DNA of 64,000 nt, taken from NCBI GenBank assembly GCA_029555085.1, contig JAKPTO010000026.1, positions 37,217 through 101,216 on the forward strand, written 5' to 3'. Made by a program: the position numbers and the translations under genes. Under the pieces are notes generated by a model. The model searched no databases. It was not told the DNA's origin and saw nothing but the letters and a program-made list of their open reading frames with translations. Positions 1-10,192 of this stretch are shown here, in pieces; position 1 is the stretch's first letter; every line of letters starts with the position of its first letter. This stretch comes from a bacterium. Its GTDB lineage: Bacteria > Patescibacteriota > Patescibacteriia > UBA1558 > S5-K13.

Positions 1-1984
1 CAAGTCCTGTTTGATCTGTTAATGCCTTCATAATCTCAATGTCAATTTTTTTAAGTTTATCAATTGGCGCGTATGAGAAAAAATCAATTGAACCGATTAT
101 TTTATTTTCAGAATACATTGGAACAGCTATAGCTGATTTAGCATTTAATTCTTTTTGCATTTTATCAGCTTGATCTTTTGTTATTGCTGGTTTAAACACA
201 TCAAATACTGAACTACTTTTTTCTATATTACCAGAAGTCATTGCTTTTATAGCTAAATTATCTTTATTACTAAAGGATACACTATATTCATGGGGTTTTT
301 TTGGTAAAAATCCTACAACTTTTTTTATATCTTCATCAATTGTCATTGCTCCTATATACATAGCTTTTCCATCCTCGTCTATAAAATTAATTACACCAGC
401 CACAAATCCCATTTCTTTTTTTATACTGGTTGCTATAAATGAAGCAACCTCTTGAAAGTCTAAACTTCTTGTAATAACATTGCTAATTTTTTGTAGCGCT
501 GTTAAGTATTTATTTTTAGTTTCTAAATCTATATTTACTTGTCTCAAACTAAGAGTTGCTCGTTCAACTCTTTCTTGTAAATGAAGGTTAAGGTCTTGAA
601 TTTCATTATATAATTTTGCTTTTTCAAGTGCCATAGCAACTTGTGGTGTTAGAACTGATAATAAACCAATATCTTCTTCAGAAAAAGTATCTCCTGATAA
701 TTTCTTATCAATACAAAGCAATGCTGTTATTTGATTTTCAGAAACAATAGGAGCAATTAATCCTATTTTCATCTTATCTAATCTATCTACAATGGATAAT
801 AATCTTTGTTTTTCAAGGTCATTTTTTTGTTCTCTTGCTAATCTATCTAACTCTTCCACAACTATAATTTGTTTTTTTTCTTGTAAATAATTTATTATCT
901 CATCGTTTTTTGTAAAAAATATATCTCCTGATTCAAAACCCTTATACATTCCTGTTACAGTATTTTGATATAAAAAATTGACATCTCTACATTTTATAGA
1001 TTTTTCAAGCTCCTCGGACAAATCAATAAATAATTTTTTAAGTTCAATTTCTTTTGCTATTATAAATCCTAATTTTTTCAAAACATCCTGATAGTCAATT
1101 TTATCCTTAAAAAATATTTTATCAGTGATTCGCGCAAGAAAACGCTTTAATGGGTCGAATCCCAAAACTATAGCAAAAGAAACAAATACTGAAACAAATA
1201 TTTTAGAAAAACCCTCTGCTTCAAAAAATTGACCAGTAATAAATGTTATTGATGTAAAAGCAAAAGTCACGATACCAACAAGAAGAAAATATAGAATGCT
1301 TTTTGAAACAACAACGCGTATGTCCATAAGACGATACCTAGCTATAGCGTAACCAATTCCCAATATATAAAACATTGTACAAAAAGATCCAAAAGGGTAG
1401 ATATTTATTAATTGTGGAAAAAAATTAGTAACTCCGCCACCAAAACTAATTAATGCCGTTACTAAAACATATATTGCTTGTTGTTTTTTTAACCCACTTA
1501 ATTTTTTATAATTCCTTAAAAGGATATATATCGATAAAAAAACTAAAACACTAAAAAATAATGGAAAAATCGGATAAATAATTCCTGGATCTATCCAATG
1601 TCTAAAACCAAATTTGGGAGAAATCCCCAATTTAAATAACTTTGTAAAACTTAACAAAGATAATACGCACCCGAATGATAAAAAAATCCTAAAAACGATT
1701 TTATTAACTCCTTTATAAATATCTAATAAAACCAGCACAAACAAAAAGAAAAAAATCGGTATATATATAGCACTAAAATCTAAAAGATACTGACAAAATA
1801 ATGCAATATTATATTTTTCAAAAAAAACAACACCAAATAAACCAAAAGACCATACCGATGTTGAGAAACTAACACAGGACCAAGACACATTCAAAAGAGA
1901 TCTCTTGTTTTTTGAAATTACAAAAATACCAATAAATAAACCAAGTATAGATGTAATTAAAGACGATAATCCAAAAAATGACAT
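1..1984 (-). CDS. Sensor protein, partial (C-terminus lies beyond the window start): N-terminal polytopic 7TM-type membrane domain followed by two GAF domains
   Basis: Translating the minus strand by hand from the ATG at 1982-1984 gives MSFFGLSSLITSILGLFIGIF... with about seven hydrophobic helices, then GAF-like segments joined by a coiled-coil linker. The ORF runs off the window edge, so it is missing from the ORF track. The start lies 4 nt from the stop of the upstream HAD gene. Confidence 0.5.
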   Translation of the reverse strand, partial: MSFFGLSSLITSILGLFIGIFVISKNKRSLLNVSWSCVSFSTSVWSFGLFGVVFFEKYNIALFCQYLLDFSAIYIPIFFFLFVLVLLDIYKGVNKIVFRIFLSFGCVLSLLSFTKLFKLGISPKFGFRHWIDPGIIYPIFPLFFSVLVFLSIYILLRNYKKLSGLKKQQAIYVLVTALISFGGGVTNFFPQLINIYPFGSFCTMFYILGIGYAIARYRLMDIRVVVSKSILYFLLVGIVTFAFTSITFITGQFFEAEGFSKIFVSVFVSFAIVLGFDPLKRFLARITDKIFFKDKIDYQDVLKKLGFIIAKEIELKKLFIDLSEELEKSIKCRDVNFLYQNTVTGMYKGFESGDIFFTKNDEIINYLQEKKQIIVVEELDRLAREQKNDLEKQRLLSIVDRLDKMKIGLIAPIVSENQITALLCIDKKLSGDTFSEEDIGLLSVLTPQVAMALEKAKLYNEIQDLNLHLQERVERATLSLRQVNIDLETKNKYLTALQKISNVITRSLDFQEVASFIATSIKKEMGFVAGVINFIDEDGKAMYIGAMTIDEDIKKVVGFLPKKPHEYSVSFSNKDNLAIKAMTSGNIEKSSSVFDVFKPAITKDQADKMQKELNAKSAIAVPMYSENKIIGSIDFFSYAPIDKLKKIDIEIMKALTDQTGL

Positions 1985-1988
1985 ATTT

Positions 1989-2645
1989 TTAATTTAATAA
2001 AATTTTATTCAAATTTTTTTGACTAATAATTTTTTCCATATATTTATCTGGATTAACAATGAATGGATTTTCAACAATCGACAACAAATGTAAATCTGAT
2101 AAATGATCGCCATATGCATAGCTCCCACTTAAAGAAAGATTTTTTTCTTTTAAAAATTCAAGTACAGCTTGTTTTTTTTGAACCCCATAAATAACATTTC
2201 CTTCTATTGTTCCAGAATAAAATCCATTATTTTTTTGTAATTTTGTAGCTATGCAAAAATCCATTTCCAAAAAATCTGATATAATTTTAACAAGTGGATA
2301 GATAGATGCTGAAAGTAGAATAGTTATTGCGCCCCTTTCTTTGTGATAATTCAGTATATCAAAAATTTTTTTATAAATTCTTTTCTTAATTTCGGAATTA
2401 AAAAAATCTGTCAATATTTTTTCTAAAGCCACCTCGCTCCAGCCATTAAAAAATTTAAAAACTTTTTCTCTTATTTTTATAACATTTTGCACTAATCCTA
2501 ATTTATAAAAAATAAACCAAATTAATACATAACTATAAAGAAAAAACCCTATTTTCTTGTTTTTAAAAAGGTATTTAATTAAAAATTTTTGAGACTGTCC
2601 CTTTATAACAGTATCATCTAAATCAAAAAACACTACATAGCCCAT
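1989..2645 (-). CDS. HAD-superfamily hydrolase, subfamily IB (phosphoserine-phosphatase-like)
   Basis: N-terminal FFDLDDTV (DxDxT motif I) and a C-terminal GDHLSD motif. It sits in an operon with an acyltransferase. Confidence 0.65.
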   Translation of the reverse strand: MGYVVFFDLDDTVIKGQSQKFLIKYLFKNKKIGFFLYSYVLIWFIFYKLGLVQNVIKIREKVFKFFNGWSEVALEKILTDFFNSEIKKRIYKKIFDILNYHKERGAITILLSASIYPLVKIISDFLEMDFCIATKLQKNNGFYSGTIEGNVIYGVQKKQAVLEFLKEKNLSLSGSYAYGDHLSDLHLLSIVENPFIVNPDKYMEKIISQKNLNKILLN

Positions 2646-2652
2646 AAATTAT

Positions 2653-3237
2653 TTAAATTACTAAATTTAATATTTCACTCCTCAATCTCTCAGTTAAATC
2701 ATTTTCATCTAGATCGTTTAAAACAATTTTTTTTCCTATATTAATATCACATTTCTTTAACTTCGGATATTTATCAAATCTAGACATTATTTCAAACGCC
2801 CCTTTTATACCAACTGGTATTATTGGAACATTTACATTTTTAGCAATTCTAACAGCGCCATTATAAAACTTTCCGAGTTTACCATCACTAGATCTAGTGC
2901 CTTCAGGAAATATTCCAATTGCTCTACCTTGCTTTAAATATTCGATTGCTTTATTAAGTGATTCTGATTTATCCTTTGAATTTCTGTCAACTTTTATCTG
3001 CTTTGTAGATTTAACAAGCCAACTCCACTGCCATTTTTGAAAAAATACCTCCCCTGCTAAAAAATATATTCTTCTTGGGCAAACAGCTATAAGAGTAAGA
3101 AAATCAAAATAGCTTGAATGATTTGCACATATTACAAATGGTCCTTTTTTGGGAATATTTTCAATTCCCTTAACACTTCTTACCCAAACCAACCTAATTA
3201 ATGTTCCAATTGTATATTTTAAAATCCAGTAAATCAT
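2653..3237 (-). CDS. plsC: 1-acyl-sn-glycerol-3-phosphate acyltransferase
   Basis: HX4D acyltransferase motif CANHSSYFD and the FPEGTRS motif. Confidence 0.8.
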   Translation of the reverse strand: MIYWILKYTIGTLIRLVWVRSVKGIENIPKKGPFVICANHSSYFDFLTLIAVCPRRIYFLAGEVFFQKWQWSWLVKSTKQIKVDRNSKDKSESLNKAIEYLKQGRAIGIFPEGTRSSDGKLGKFYNGAVRIAKNVNVPIIPVGIKGAFEIMSRFDKYPKLKKCDINIGKKIVLNDLDENDLTERLRSEILNLVI

Positions 3238-5064
3238 TTAATTATAAAAACTTCTTATTATTTTATTAAAATGCTCTATTATGGTTTCTCTTTTTATTTT
3301 TAAAGTTGGTGTAAGCTCATCATGTTTTTCATCAAATTGGCGTGACACAAGATAAAAATGAACAATCTGCTCGTACCTAGAAAAACCTTTTAATAAATTA
3401 TTAATCCTATCCCTATAAAAAATTTGTATTTTATCCAAATTTAAATAACTTTTTTCATTATCAACTGCTATATTATTCAAAGAGCAATATTTTTCTATTT
3501 CCTCAAAGTCCGGAACAATTAATGCTATTAGAAATTTTTCATTATTACCGATAACAATGGATTGATTTATATACTTATCATAATTCAACACTAATTCAAT
3601 ATTTCCAGGCACAACATTTTTCCCAGTTGATAAAACTATTACTTCTTTTTTTCTTCCGATTATATTTAAAAACCCATCTTTATCCAAAAATCCCAAATCC
3701 CCAGTATAAAACCATCCGTCAGTATCTATTACTTTTTCAGTTGATTCTTTATCATTATAATATTCCTTCATTACAGAGCTACCGCGAACTAAAATTTCTT
3801 TATCATTGTTTATTTTTACTTCTAAATTTTCCAACACAAATCCAACTGTTCCAAGTTTGTATTCATTCGTTTTATTTACAGAAATAATTGGCGAAGTTTC
3901 TGTGACCCCATATCCTTCTATTATTTTTATACCGACATCTTCAAAAAATCTAGCAATTCTTTTATCCAAACTTGATCCCCCTGATATTGCTAATCTTAAA
4001 TTCCCTCCAAATATATTTCTAATTTTTCTAAAAACAATCTTGTCTAAAATACCACATAAAATTAGTAAAAAAAAATTTATTTTTTTATTGTGTCTTTTAA
4101 GTGAGTTTAATTTGCTTTGATTTTTTATTGCAAAATAAAATAAATTATTTTTAAACTTTGAGTCACTTCTTAAATTATCATGAATTTTATCAAAAATTTT
4201 CTCAAAAATTCTAGGCACAGAAATAATTACCGTTGGCTTAGCTAGTTTTATATCATCAATAAGTGTTTTTGGGCTTCTGCTATAATATATTGAAACACCT
4301 GAAACTAACGGAAGAAATTGTCCCGCTACCCTCTCTAGTACATGTGACAGTGGTAAAAATGAAAAAAATATATCATTACTACATGTAGGCGTGTATTTTA
4401 AAACATTTTCTATATTGCTCAATATATTATAATTAGTAAGTACGGCGCCTTTTGGCATGTCAGTTGTTCCAGATGTGTATATTATTGTTGTAACAAGATT
4501 TTTATCGTTTATTGGTTCTATCTTTTTATTATTTTCAACTTTTAAAATATCATCAAAATATTTAACATTTTCTTTCTCAACTTTGTCAAAGGATATTATT
4601 TGTAAATCATCTATTAAATGCTCATCAATTCCATAAAAAACATTTAATAATTTGTCGTTTGATATAAAAATTATTTTGGGTTTTGTTTGTGAAATAATGT
4701 AGTCAATATATTTAGTTCCATAAGTTGTATGAATTGGAACTAAAATTAATCCCAAATAATTACAAGCTAAGTCAACAGTAGGCCACTCCCATCTGTTTTC
4801 AGAAAAAATTACAACCTTATCTCCTTTTTGTAATTTATTCTCAACGAAATAAGAAACTAATTTTAGAATATTTTCATTTAAACTTTTATAACTAATTTTT
4901 CTATAATTACCATTTTCTATGTATGCTAAAGCAGTATTACTTGGATATGTAATAACATTTTTTTTAAAATTAAGATATATGGTATTTTGATCCATTAATT
5001 TAGGTGATTTATATTTTAATTGTACCATAATTGGCCTAAAATAAAAAGAAAAAAACGAAGTCAA
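3238..5064 (-). CDS. Long-chain fatty acid--CoA ligase (AMP-binding enzyme)
   Basis: AMP-binding signature IIYTSGTTDMPKGAVLT and GYGVTETS. Confidence 0.85.
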   Translation of the reverse strand: MTSFFSFYFRPIMVQLKYKSPKLMDQNTIYLNFKKNVITYPSNTALAYIENGNYRKISYKSLNENILKLVSYFVENKLQKGDKVVIFSENRWEWPTVDLACNYLGLILVPIHTTYGTKYIDYIISQTKPKIIFISNDKLLNVFYGIDEHLIDDLQIISFDKVEKENVKYFDDILKVENNKKIEPINDKNLVTTIIYTSGTTDMPKGAVLTNYNILSNIENVLKYTPTCSNDIFFSFLPLSHVLERVAGQFLPLVSGVSIYYSRSPKTLIDDIKLAKPTVIISVPRIFEKIFDKIHDNLRSDSKFKNNLFYFAIKNQSKLNSLKRHNKKINFFLLILCGILDKIVFRKIRNIFGGNLRLAISGGSSLDKRIARFFEDVGIKIIEGYGVTETSPIISVNKTNEYKLGTVGFVLENLEVKINNDKEILVRGSSVMKEYYNDKESTEKVIDTDGWFYTGDLGFLDKDGFLNIIGRKKEVIVLSTGKNVVPGNIELVLNYDKYINQSIVIGNNEKFLIALIVPDFEEIEKYCSLNNIAVDNEKSYLNLDKIQIFYRDRINNLLKGFSRYEQIVHFYLVSRQFDEKHDELTPTLKIKRETIIEHFNKIIRSFYN

Positions 5065-5091
5065 AATAATGTCCCATTTTTATAAAAAATA

Positions 5092-5589
5092 TTATTCAAA
5101 CCATTGTATTGTATAGCCATTTGGCGCCTCTTTTGTAAAATCTCTATGAGGACAAACACCAAAACCAGTATTATCAAATTTCCTTTCAAATGAAACAATT
5201 TGAAATATTGCAAAAGATTTTTTACATCCGTATTCTCCTTCTTGGAATTTATGATATCTGTAATGAAAATTTTGATTATTTAAGGGATCCGACACATCGG
5301 ATAAAAAAAATTTCTCAATTAAATTTCTAAATAATGTTTTCCTGGCATCTATTGTTTCATAACTAACATCCCACTCATTTTGTGTTTGATTGTCTGGTAA
5401 CTGATCAAACTCTAACTTATATAATTCAATTGCTGTTCTTATTTGTTGCGCATTCTCCATTCTTATCGTGTCTCTAATTTTTTTTTGTTGACTTTTTGTA
5501 TACAATCCAATAATTATTGTTGAACAAAGAATAATTGAAACTAAAATTAAAATATTTAAAATAGATTTTGTGCCTTTCTCTGTTTCCAT
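5092..5589 (-). CDS. Membrane-anchored hypothetical protein with a GspG/pseudopilin-like core
   Basis: N-terminal TM segment, then RMENAQQIRTAIELYKLEFDQLP, which resembles the T2SS-G pseudopilin helix motif. There is no G-F-T-L-I-E prepilin cleavage motif. Confidence 0.35.
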   Translation of the reverse strand: METEKGTKSILNILILVSIILCSTIIIGLYTKSQQKKIRDTIRMENAQQIRTAIELYKLEFDQLPDNQTQNEWDVSYETIDARKTLFRNLIEKFFLSDVSDPLNNQNFHYRYHKFQEGEYGCKKSFAIFQIVSFERKFDNTGFGVCPHRDFTKEAPNGYTIQWFE

Positions 5590-5678
5590 TAAATTTCCAA
5601 ATAAATACTTATATATAAATTATATAATTTTTTCAATAAAAAAACCACCCTAAACTAAGTAGAGTGATTTTTATAAAA

Positions 5679-6341
5679 TTATTTTTGTGATTCTTCTTTT
5701 GTTTCCTCTGGTTCTTTGGTTTTTTCAGTTGTCTCTGGTGTTTCTGATTTTTCTTCTTCTACTGTCTCTGCCTTAGCTGGTTTCGCTATTACTATTGGTT
5801 GGTCTCCGTCAGTTAAAATTTCAACTCCGGACGGAACTTCTAAATCTGAAACTAAAATCATATCATTATAATTTTCAAGTTTAGATATATCTACTTCAAT
5901 TGATGAAATAATTTGACTTGCGAGACATTCAATTTCAATACGATCCATTGCTTTCACAAGAATCGCTCCTAGTTCTTTTACGGCTTTTGATTCGCCTGAA
6001 AAATTAATTGGGATTTCAACTGTCAATTTATTTTTTGCATCAAATCTATACAAATCAGCATGAATTATTGATCCAGTGATATGATCTTTGGCTATATCAT
6101 GTATAATTACTGGGATTTTTTTGTCTTCAAATTCTAAATTTAAAACCTGTGACTCACCCGTGGTATTAAAAATTTTCATAAACTCAGAATAAGAAACCTG
6201 CAAATTTAAATTTTCATGCTTTGGACCATAAACAACAACAGGTAAATACCCAGACGCTATGAGATTTTTCGCGCTTAAGCCACCAAAATTTTCTCTTTTT
6301 TGCGCTTTTAAGATTAATTCTGTCATTTTTTTAGCTTTCAA
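5679..6341 (-). CDS. rplY: 50S ribosomal protein L25 / general stress protein Ctc
   Basis: L25 N-terminal domain (LPVVVYGPKH... IIHADLYRF) with an acidic C-terminal tail. Confidence 0.8.
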   Translation of the reverse strand: MKAKKMTELILKAQKRENFGGLSAKNLIASGYLPVVVYGPKHENLNLQVSYSEFMKIFNTTGESQVLNLEFEDKKIPVIIHDIAKDHITGSIIHADLYRFDAKNKLTVEIPINFSGESKAVKELGAILVKAMDRIEIECLASQIISSIEVDISKLENYNDMILVSDLEVPSGVEILTDGDQPIVIAKPAKAETVEEEKSETPETTEKTKEPEETKEESQK

Positions 6342-6459
6342 GGTTTCGACTTTCAGCTTTCAATTAGCTAAAAACAAAACTCTAACTTAATTATTATAAT
6401 TATCTCATTATAAAACAAGACAAAATTTATGTCAATAATAAATTGTAAGTTAAAAAATT

Positions 6460-7560
6460 TTACAATACACCTTTTTCTATATTTTTCCTTATAATTCTCA
6501 TTAATTCCAAATAAAATTCTATATTATTTAAAGTTCCAAGTCTCATGGCTAAAGCATCTTCCACTTTAAACAAGTGATGTAAGTAAGATTTAGAATATAA
6601 TTTCAACTCATCAATATTTGAATTTTTATTTATAGCGGATTTATCTTTTTTGAATTCAGCATTTGTTATGTTTATAGTTTTATAAAATTTTCCTCTCAAA
6701 TTCTTATTTGTAAAATAATACAATCTTCCATGACGCGCTTCGCGTGTTGGAATTACACAATCAAACATATCTACTCCATTTTTAACAGCAGTTAAAATAT
6801 TATCAGGATAACCAACTCCCATTAAATATCTAGGACTTTTTTCTGGGAGCTTGTCTTTTAAAAATTTTAAAATTCCATACATTTCTTTATTTGTTTCACC
6901 AACAGCGAGTCCACCTATTGCATATCCATCAAATCCTATTTTCATAAGATCGTCTAAACTTTTTTTTCTTAAATCTTTATTTAGTGCTCCCTGAACAATG
7001 CCAAATAATAAATTTTTATTTTTAGGATCAAACTTTTTCTTGGACTCTTTACACTTTTTAGCCCAAATATTTGTTATATTAAGCGCTTTTTCTGTTGTTT
7101 GATAATCTGATTTTGAATCAATACACACATCTAATACCATTTGAATATCTGAATCCAAAACACTTTGAATTTTCATAACTTTTTCTGGAGTAAATAAATG
7201 ATTTGACCCGTCATAGGTTGATTTAAAATTAACACCTTCATTAGTAATTTTTCTAATTTTAGAAAGTGAAAAAACTTGAAAACCGCCAGAATCAGTAAGT
7301 ATTGGTTTTTTGTAATTTATAAAATTATTTAGAGATCCAAACTTTTTTATAACTTCTAATCCTGGTTTTAAATATAAATGATATGTATTTGCTAAAATTA
7401 TATCTGGATTTAATTTTTCTATGTCAGAAAAACTGAGCGACTTTATAACTCCACGAGTTGCTATTGGCATAAAAAATGGGGTATCTATTCTACCCAATTT
7501 TGTTTTTAAAATTCCAATTCTCGCACTGGATATTTTTGATTTTTTTAGTATTTTAAACAT
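6460..7560 (-). CDS. tgt: Queuine tRNA-ribosyltransferase
   Basis: LTDSGGFQVFSL, MGVGYPD and LANTYHL motifs are present. The C-terminal zinc-site cysteines appear absent. Confidence 0.85.
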   Translation of the reverse strand: MFKILKKSKISSARIGILKTKLGRIDTPFFMPIATRGVIKSLSFSDIEKLNPDIILANTYHLYLKPGLEVIKKFGSLNNFINYKKPILTDSGGFQVFSLSKIRKITNEGVNFKSTYDGSNHLFTPEKVMKIQSVLDSDIQMVLDVCIDSKSDYQTTEKALNITNIWAKKCKESKKKFDPKNKNLLFGIVQGALNKDLRKKSLDDLMKIGFDGYAIGGLAVGETNKEMYGILKFLKDKLPEKSPRYLMGVGYPDNILTAVKNGVDMFDCVIPTREARHGRLYYFTNKNLRGKFYKTINITNAEFKKDKSAINKNSNIDELKLYSKSYLHHLFKVEDALAMRLGTLNNIEFYLELMRIIRKNIEKGVL

Positions 7561-9555
7561 TTATAAATCAATTACTCTTTCTTTTCCGCTAGCTTTTTTA
7601 TCTCCTACTAATTCTGATGTTAAATAAGGAAAATCTTTACTAATTTTAGCTCCAGAAAATGAATCCATTCCGGAAATATTAGTTTGATTAATTAATGTAA
7701 CTATTTTATCTTTATGATTTTTTTCTGGTGTTAACAATATATTAAATTTCCCTGTATAATCTTTTGACTTTTCTAATGTTTTAATTTGCCAAACAACTTC
7801 TCGTGTTTCAGAATTATAAACCATATTTCCTTTTCCATAAACATTGGCCTCTCCCCAATCGACATTTGGAGGTAAAATTGTTTTCACATAAACATCATTT
7901 AAATCATTAGTTGGGGACTTTATCTGCCAAACAACTTCGTATGTTGTAGTTTCTCCGACAACTGGTGGAAGTGGACCAGAACCAACAGCAAGTCCGTTTT
8001 CATCGTAATATCTAACTTTTGATGACGCTTCTATTGGACTATTTAATTTATTAATTATTGTATTGGATAATACTTCTTTTTCCTCTGAAGATGCATTTTT
8101 ATATTTTAATTTTGCTTCTGATTTAACTAAATAATCTGTACTTCCTATATATTCATCATCAAATTGATGTAATTTAATTGAAATATTTATTTTTCCCTCT
8201 TGATTTTTTGCTAATTTTGCTAAAGATGGTATAGAATTTTTATCCCAAGTTATTGATAAATTATCTTCATTAAAATCTCCATTAAAATTATCTTGTAATG
8301 TTTCTTTGTCTAAATATTTTGAATCCAATTTTAAATTAATTACAATATTAGTTATTGCATCTTCTGAATTATTCTTATAATGTAATTCATATTTTAATTC
8401 ATCTCCCCAGTTCACAACTGCGTCAATTGGATTATTGTTTATGGAAATTTGCAAAGGAACATCAGAAGGAACAGACAATGTATCTTTTGAAACTTTTATA
8501 TATGGAATCCATTCTAAAACTAAATCGTTCTCTAAATTATGCTCAATACTATATAGAGATTTTATTTCAATTATGGCATTAAATGTTGATGTCGTATTAT
8601 TTGCTAAATCTAAAAATCCTGAGACCTTTATTTCACCGGAAGATTTTTTTTGCAAATCTCCCAAATTCCAAGTATTTTCTGATATTTGCTCTAGAGAATC
8701 GGCATTTACTTCGGATACAGAAAAACCACTTGGATATTCAAATCTAATTCTCGCATTTAATAAATTATTATCAGAAATATTTTTATATAAAATCTTATAA
8801 GCAACTCTATTGTTATTTCCAATCTCAGATGGCGAATCAATGCTCAATTCCATTAATGTTTTTTCTATTTTTATTGTGTGACTAACTTTTGTTTCAAAAT
8901 TTGAACTAAAATTTACGGGCTCATAAGCAATCGCGGATTCTATATTAAGCTCATCGTTGGTGTTTCCAATTACCTGAATATCTAAATTAATCTTTCCGTC
9001 TTCACCTGGATCCAAATCTCCTATTTTCCACAAATTAGCTCCTAAATTATCTGGTTCCTTACTTGAAGATACATAATAAACTCCTTCGGGATAATTTATG
9101 CGAAGTTCAACATTTTTCACTTTTACTTGTTCTTTATTTTCATATTTTATTGTGAGTCCAACTTTATGCCCAGAAATTACAGAATCTTCTCCGGAAATTT
9201 CTAACACCACGCCATTTCCACTTAGTGGCTTAAAATTATTAAAAAAATTCCAACCCAAATAACTTACAATAGCAACTGCTAAAAGAATAAAAATAATAAT
9301 CCATAATGATCTCATGCCTTTGTTTTTACCTTTATCAAATGTGGAAATGTTTTTTCTTCTACCCCAAATATTATAAATATCATCAGTGGAACCAACTTTA
9401 TCGTGATTGGGATTTTTTATACCTTTTAATTGCCTTTTAACAGGCATTCTTGGTTCCGCATAACTTTTACGGTTTCTTTTCTCTGAAGAAATTTTTTTTA
9501 TATTTACTCCATCGCCTAAATTTGGTTTTGATTTTGGATTCAATGTTTTTGACAT
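7561..9555 (-). CDS. Membrane-anchored surface protein with four DUF11/CARDB-like beta-sandwich repeats
   Basis: Basic N-terminal region, one TM segment, then repeated about 110-aa modules with recurring WNLGDL / WKIGDL motifs. Confidence 0.5.
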   Translation of the reverse strand: MSKTLNPKSKPNLGDGVNIKKISSEKRNRKSYAEPRMPVKRQLKGIKNPNHDKVGSTDDIYNIWGRRKNISTFDKGKNKGMRSLWIIIFILLAVAIVSYLGWNFFNNFKPLSGNGVVLEISGEDSVISGHKVGLTIKYENKEQVKVKNVELRINYPEGVYYVSSSKEPDNLGANLWKIGDLDPGEDGKINLDIQVIGNTNDELNIESAIAYEPVNFSSNFETKVSHTIKIEKTLMELSIDSPSEIGNNNRVAYKILYKNISDNNLLNARIRFEYPSGFSVSEVNADSLEQISENTWNLGDLQKKSSGEIKVSGFLDLANNTTSTFNAIIEIKSLYSIEHNLENDLVLEWIPYIKVSKDTLSVPSDVPLQISINNNPIDAVVNWGDELKYELHYKNNSEDAITNIVINLKLDSKYLDKETLQDNFNGDFNEDNLSITWDKNSIPSLAKLAKNQEGKINISIKLHQFDDEYIGSTDYLVKSEAKLKYKNASSEEKEVLSNTIINKLNSPIEASSKVRYYDENGLAVGSGPLPPVVGETTTYEVVWQIKSPTNDLNDVYVKTILPPNVDWGEANVYGKGNMVYNSETREVVWQIKTLEKSKDYTGKFNILLTPEKNHKDKIVTLINQTNISGMDSFSGAKISKDFPYLTSELVGDKKASGKERVIDL

Positions 9556-9558
9556 TTT

Positions 9559-10182
9559 TTAAAAAGAATTTAATTTTTTTTCTAAAACTTTTTCAAAATA
9601 TGTTTTTATATAATTTAAAATTATCAATTTATCATAGTTTAATTTTAACACTAATTGTCTATTTTTTAAATATGTATTTTCAGTAAAAATATCAATAATT
9701 CTCATTTCTTTCTTATTTAAAGAGATTTTGTTTTTTTCATAAAATCCAAATTTCTTCATAATACACAATAAATAACATATTTCTAAATCTGACTCATTGT
9801 ATAAATTAGAATTTACATCTTTTAAAAACTCAACTGTATTTTTGTAAATATATTTTTCCTGCATATTTTCTGGCAAAAAATTAAGTAAAATTTCTGACAT
9901 TTTATTAAAAGACAAAAATGCTCTAAAATTTTTATTTACATCAAAAGAATTTATAACGCTAACCTGCGCTATTTTATTAATTGTCTTTCCTTGTGATAAC
10001 ATAAAAAGACATAAATTACCGGGCATTAAAAATCCAGATAACTTACTTTTTGGAGATGAAACTGATTTTGCAACAGCACTAATAAGTCCATTTTCAAAAG
10101 TAAAAATACGATAAAATTTATCTTCATCTTTAAAATTTTTCGCATACAGGATTATTCCTTGCGTTATATATTCACTATTCAT
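9559..10182 (-). CDS. recO: DNA repair protein RecO (short form)
   Basis: N-terminal OB-fold pattern QGIILYAKNFKDEDKFYRIFTFENGLISAVAKS... It lies immediately downstream of ileS. Confidence 0.55.
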   Translation of the reverse strand: MNSEYITQGIILYAKNFKDEDKFYRIFTFENGLISAVAKSVSSPKSKLSGFLMPGNLCLFMLSQGKTINKIAQVSVINSFDVNKNFRAFLSFNKMSEILLNFLPENMQEKYIYKNTVEFLKDVNSNLYNESDLEICYLLCIMKKFGFYEKNKISLNKKEMRIIDIFTENTYLKNRQLVLKLNYDKLIILNYIKTYFEKVLEKKLNSF

Positions 10183-10192
10183 TTAGGCCCTA

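Noticed and set aside
3627-4120. Two plus-strand ORFs (86 and 104 aa)
   Set aside because: They are antisense shadow ORFs inside the well-supported acyl-CoA synthetase gene. Many other short antisense ORFs in the track are rejected for the same reason (for example 8355-8800, 11951-12240, 24-27 kb antisense, 35-38 kb plus strand, 41331-42242 plus strand, 52394-53023).
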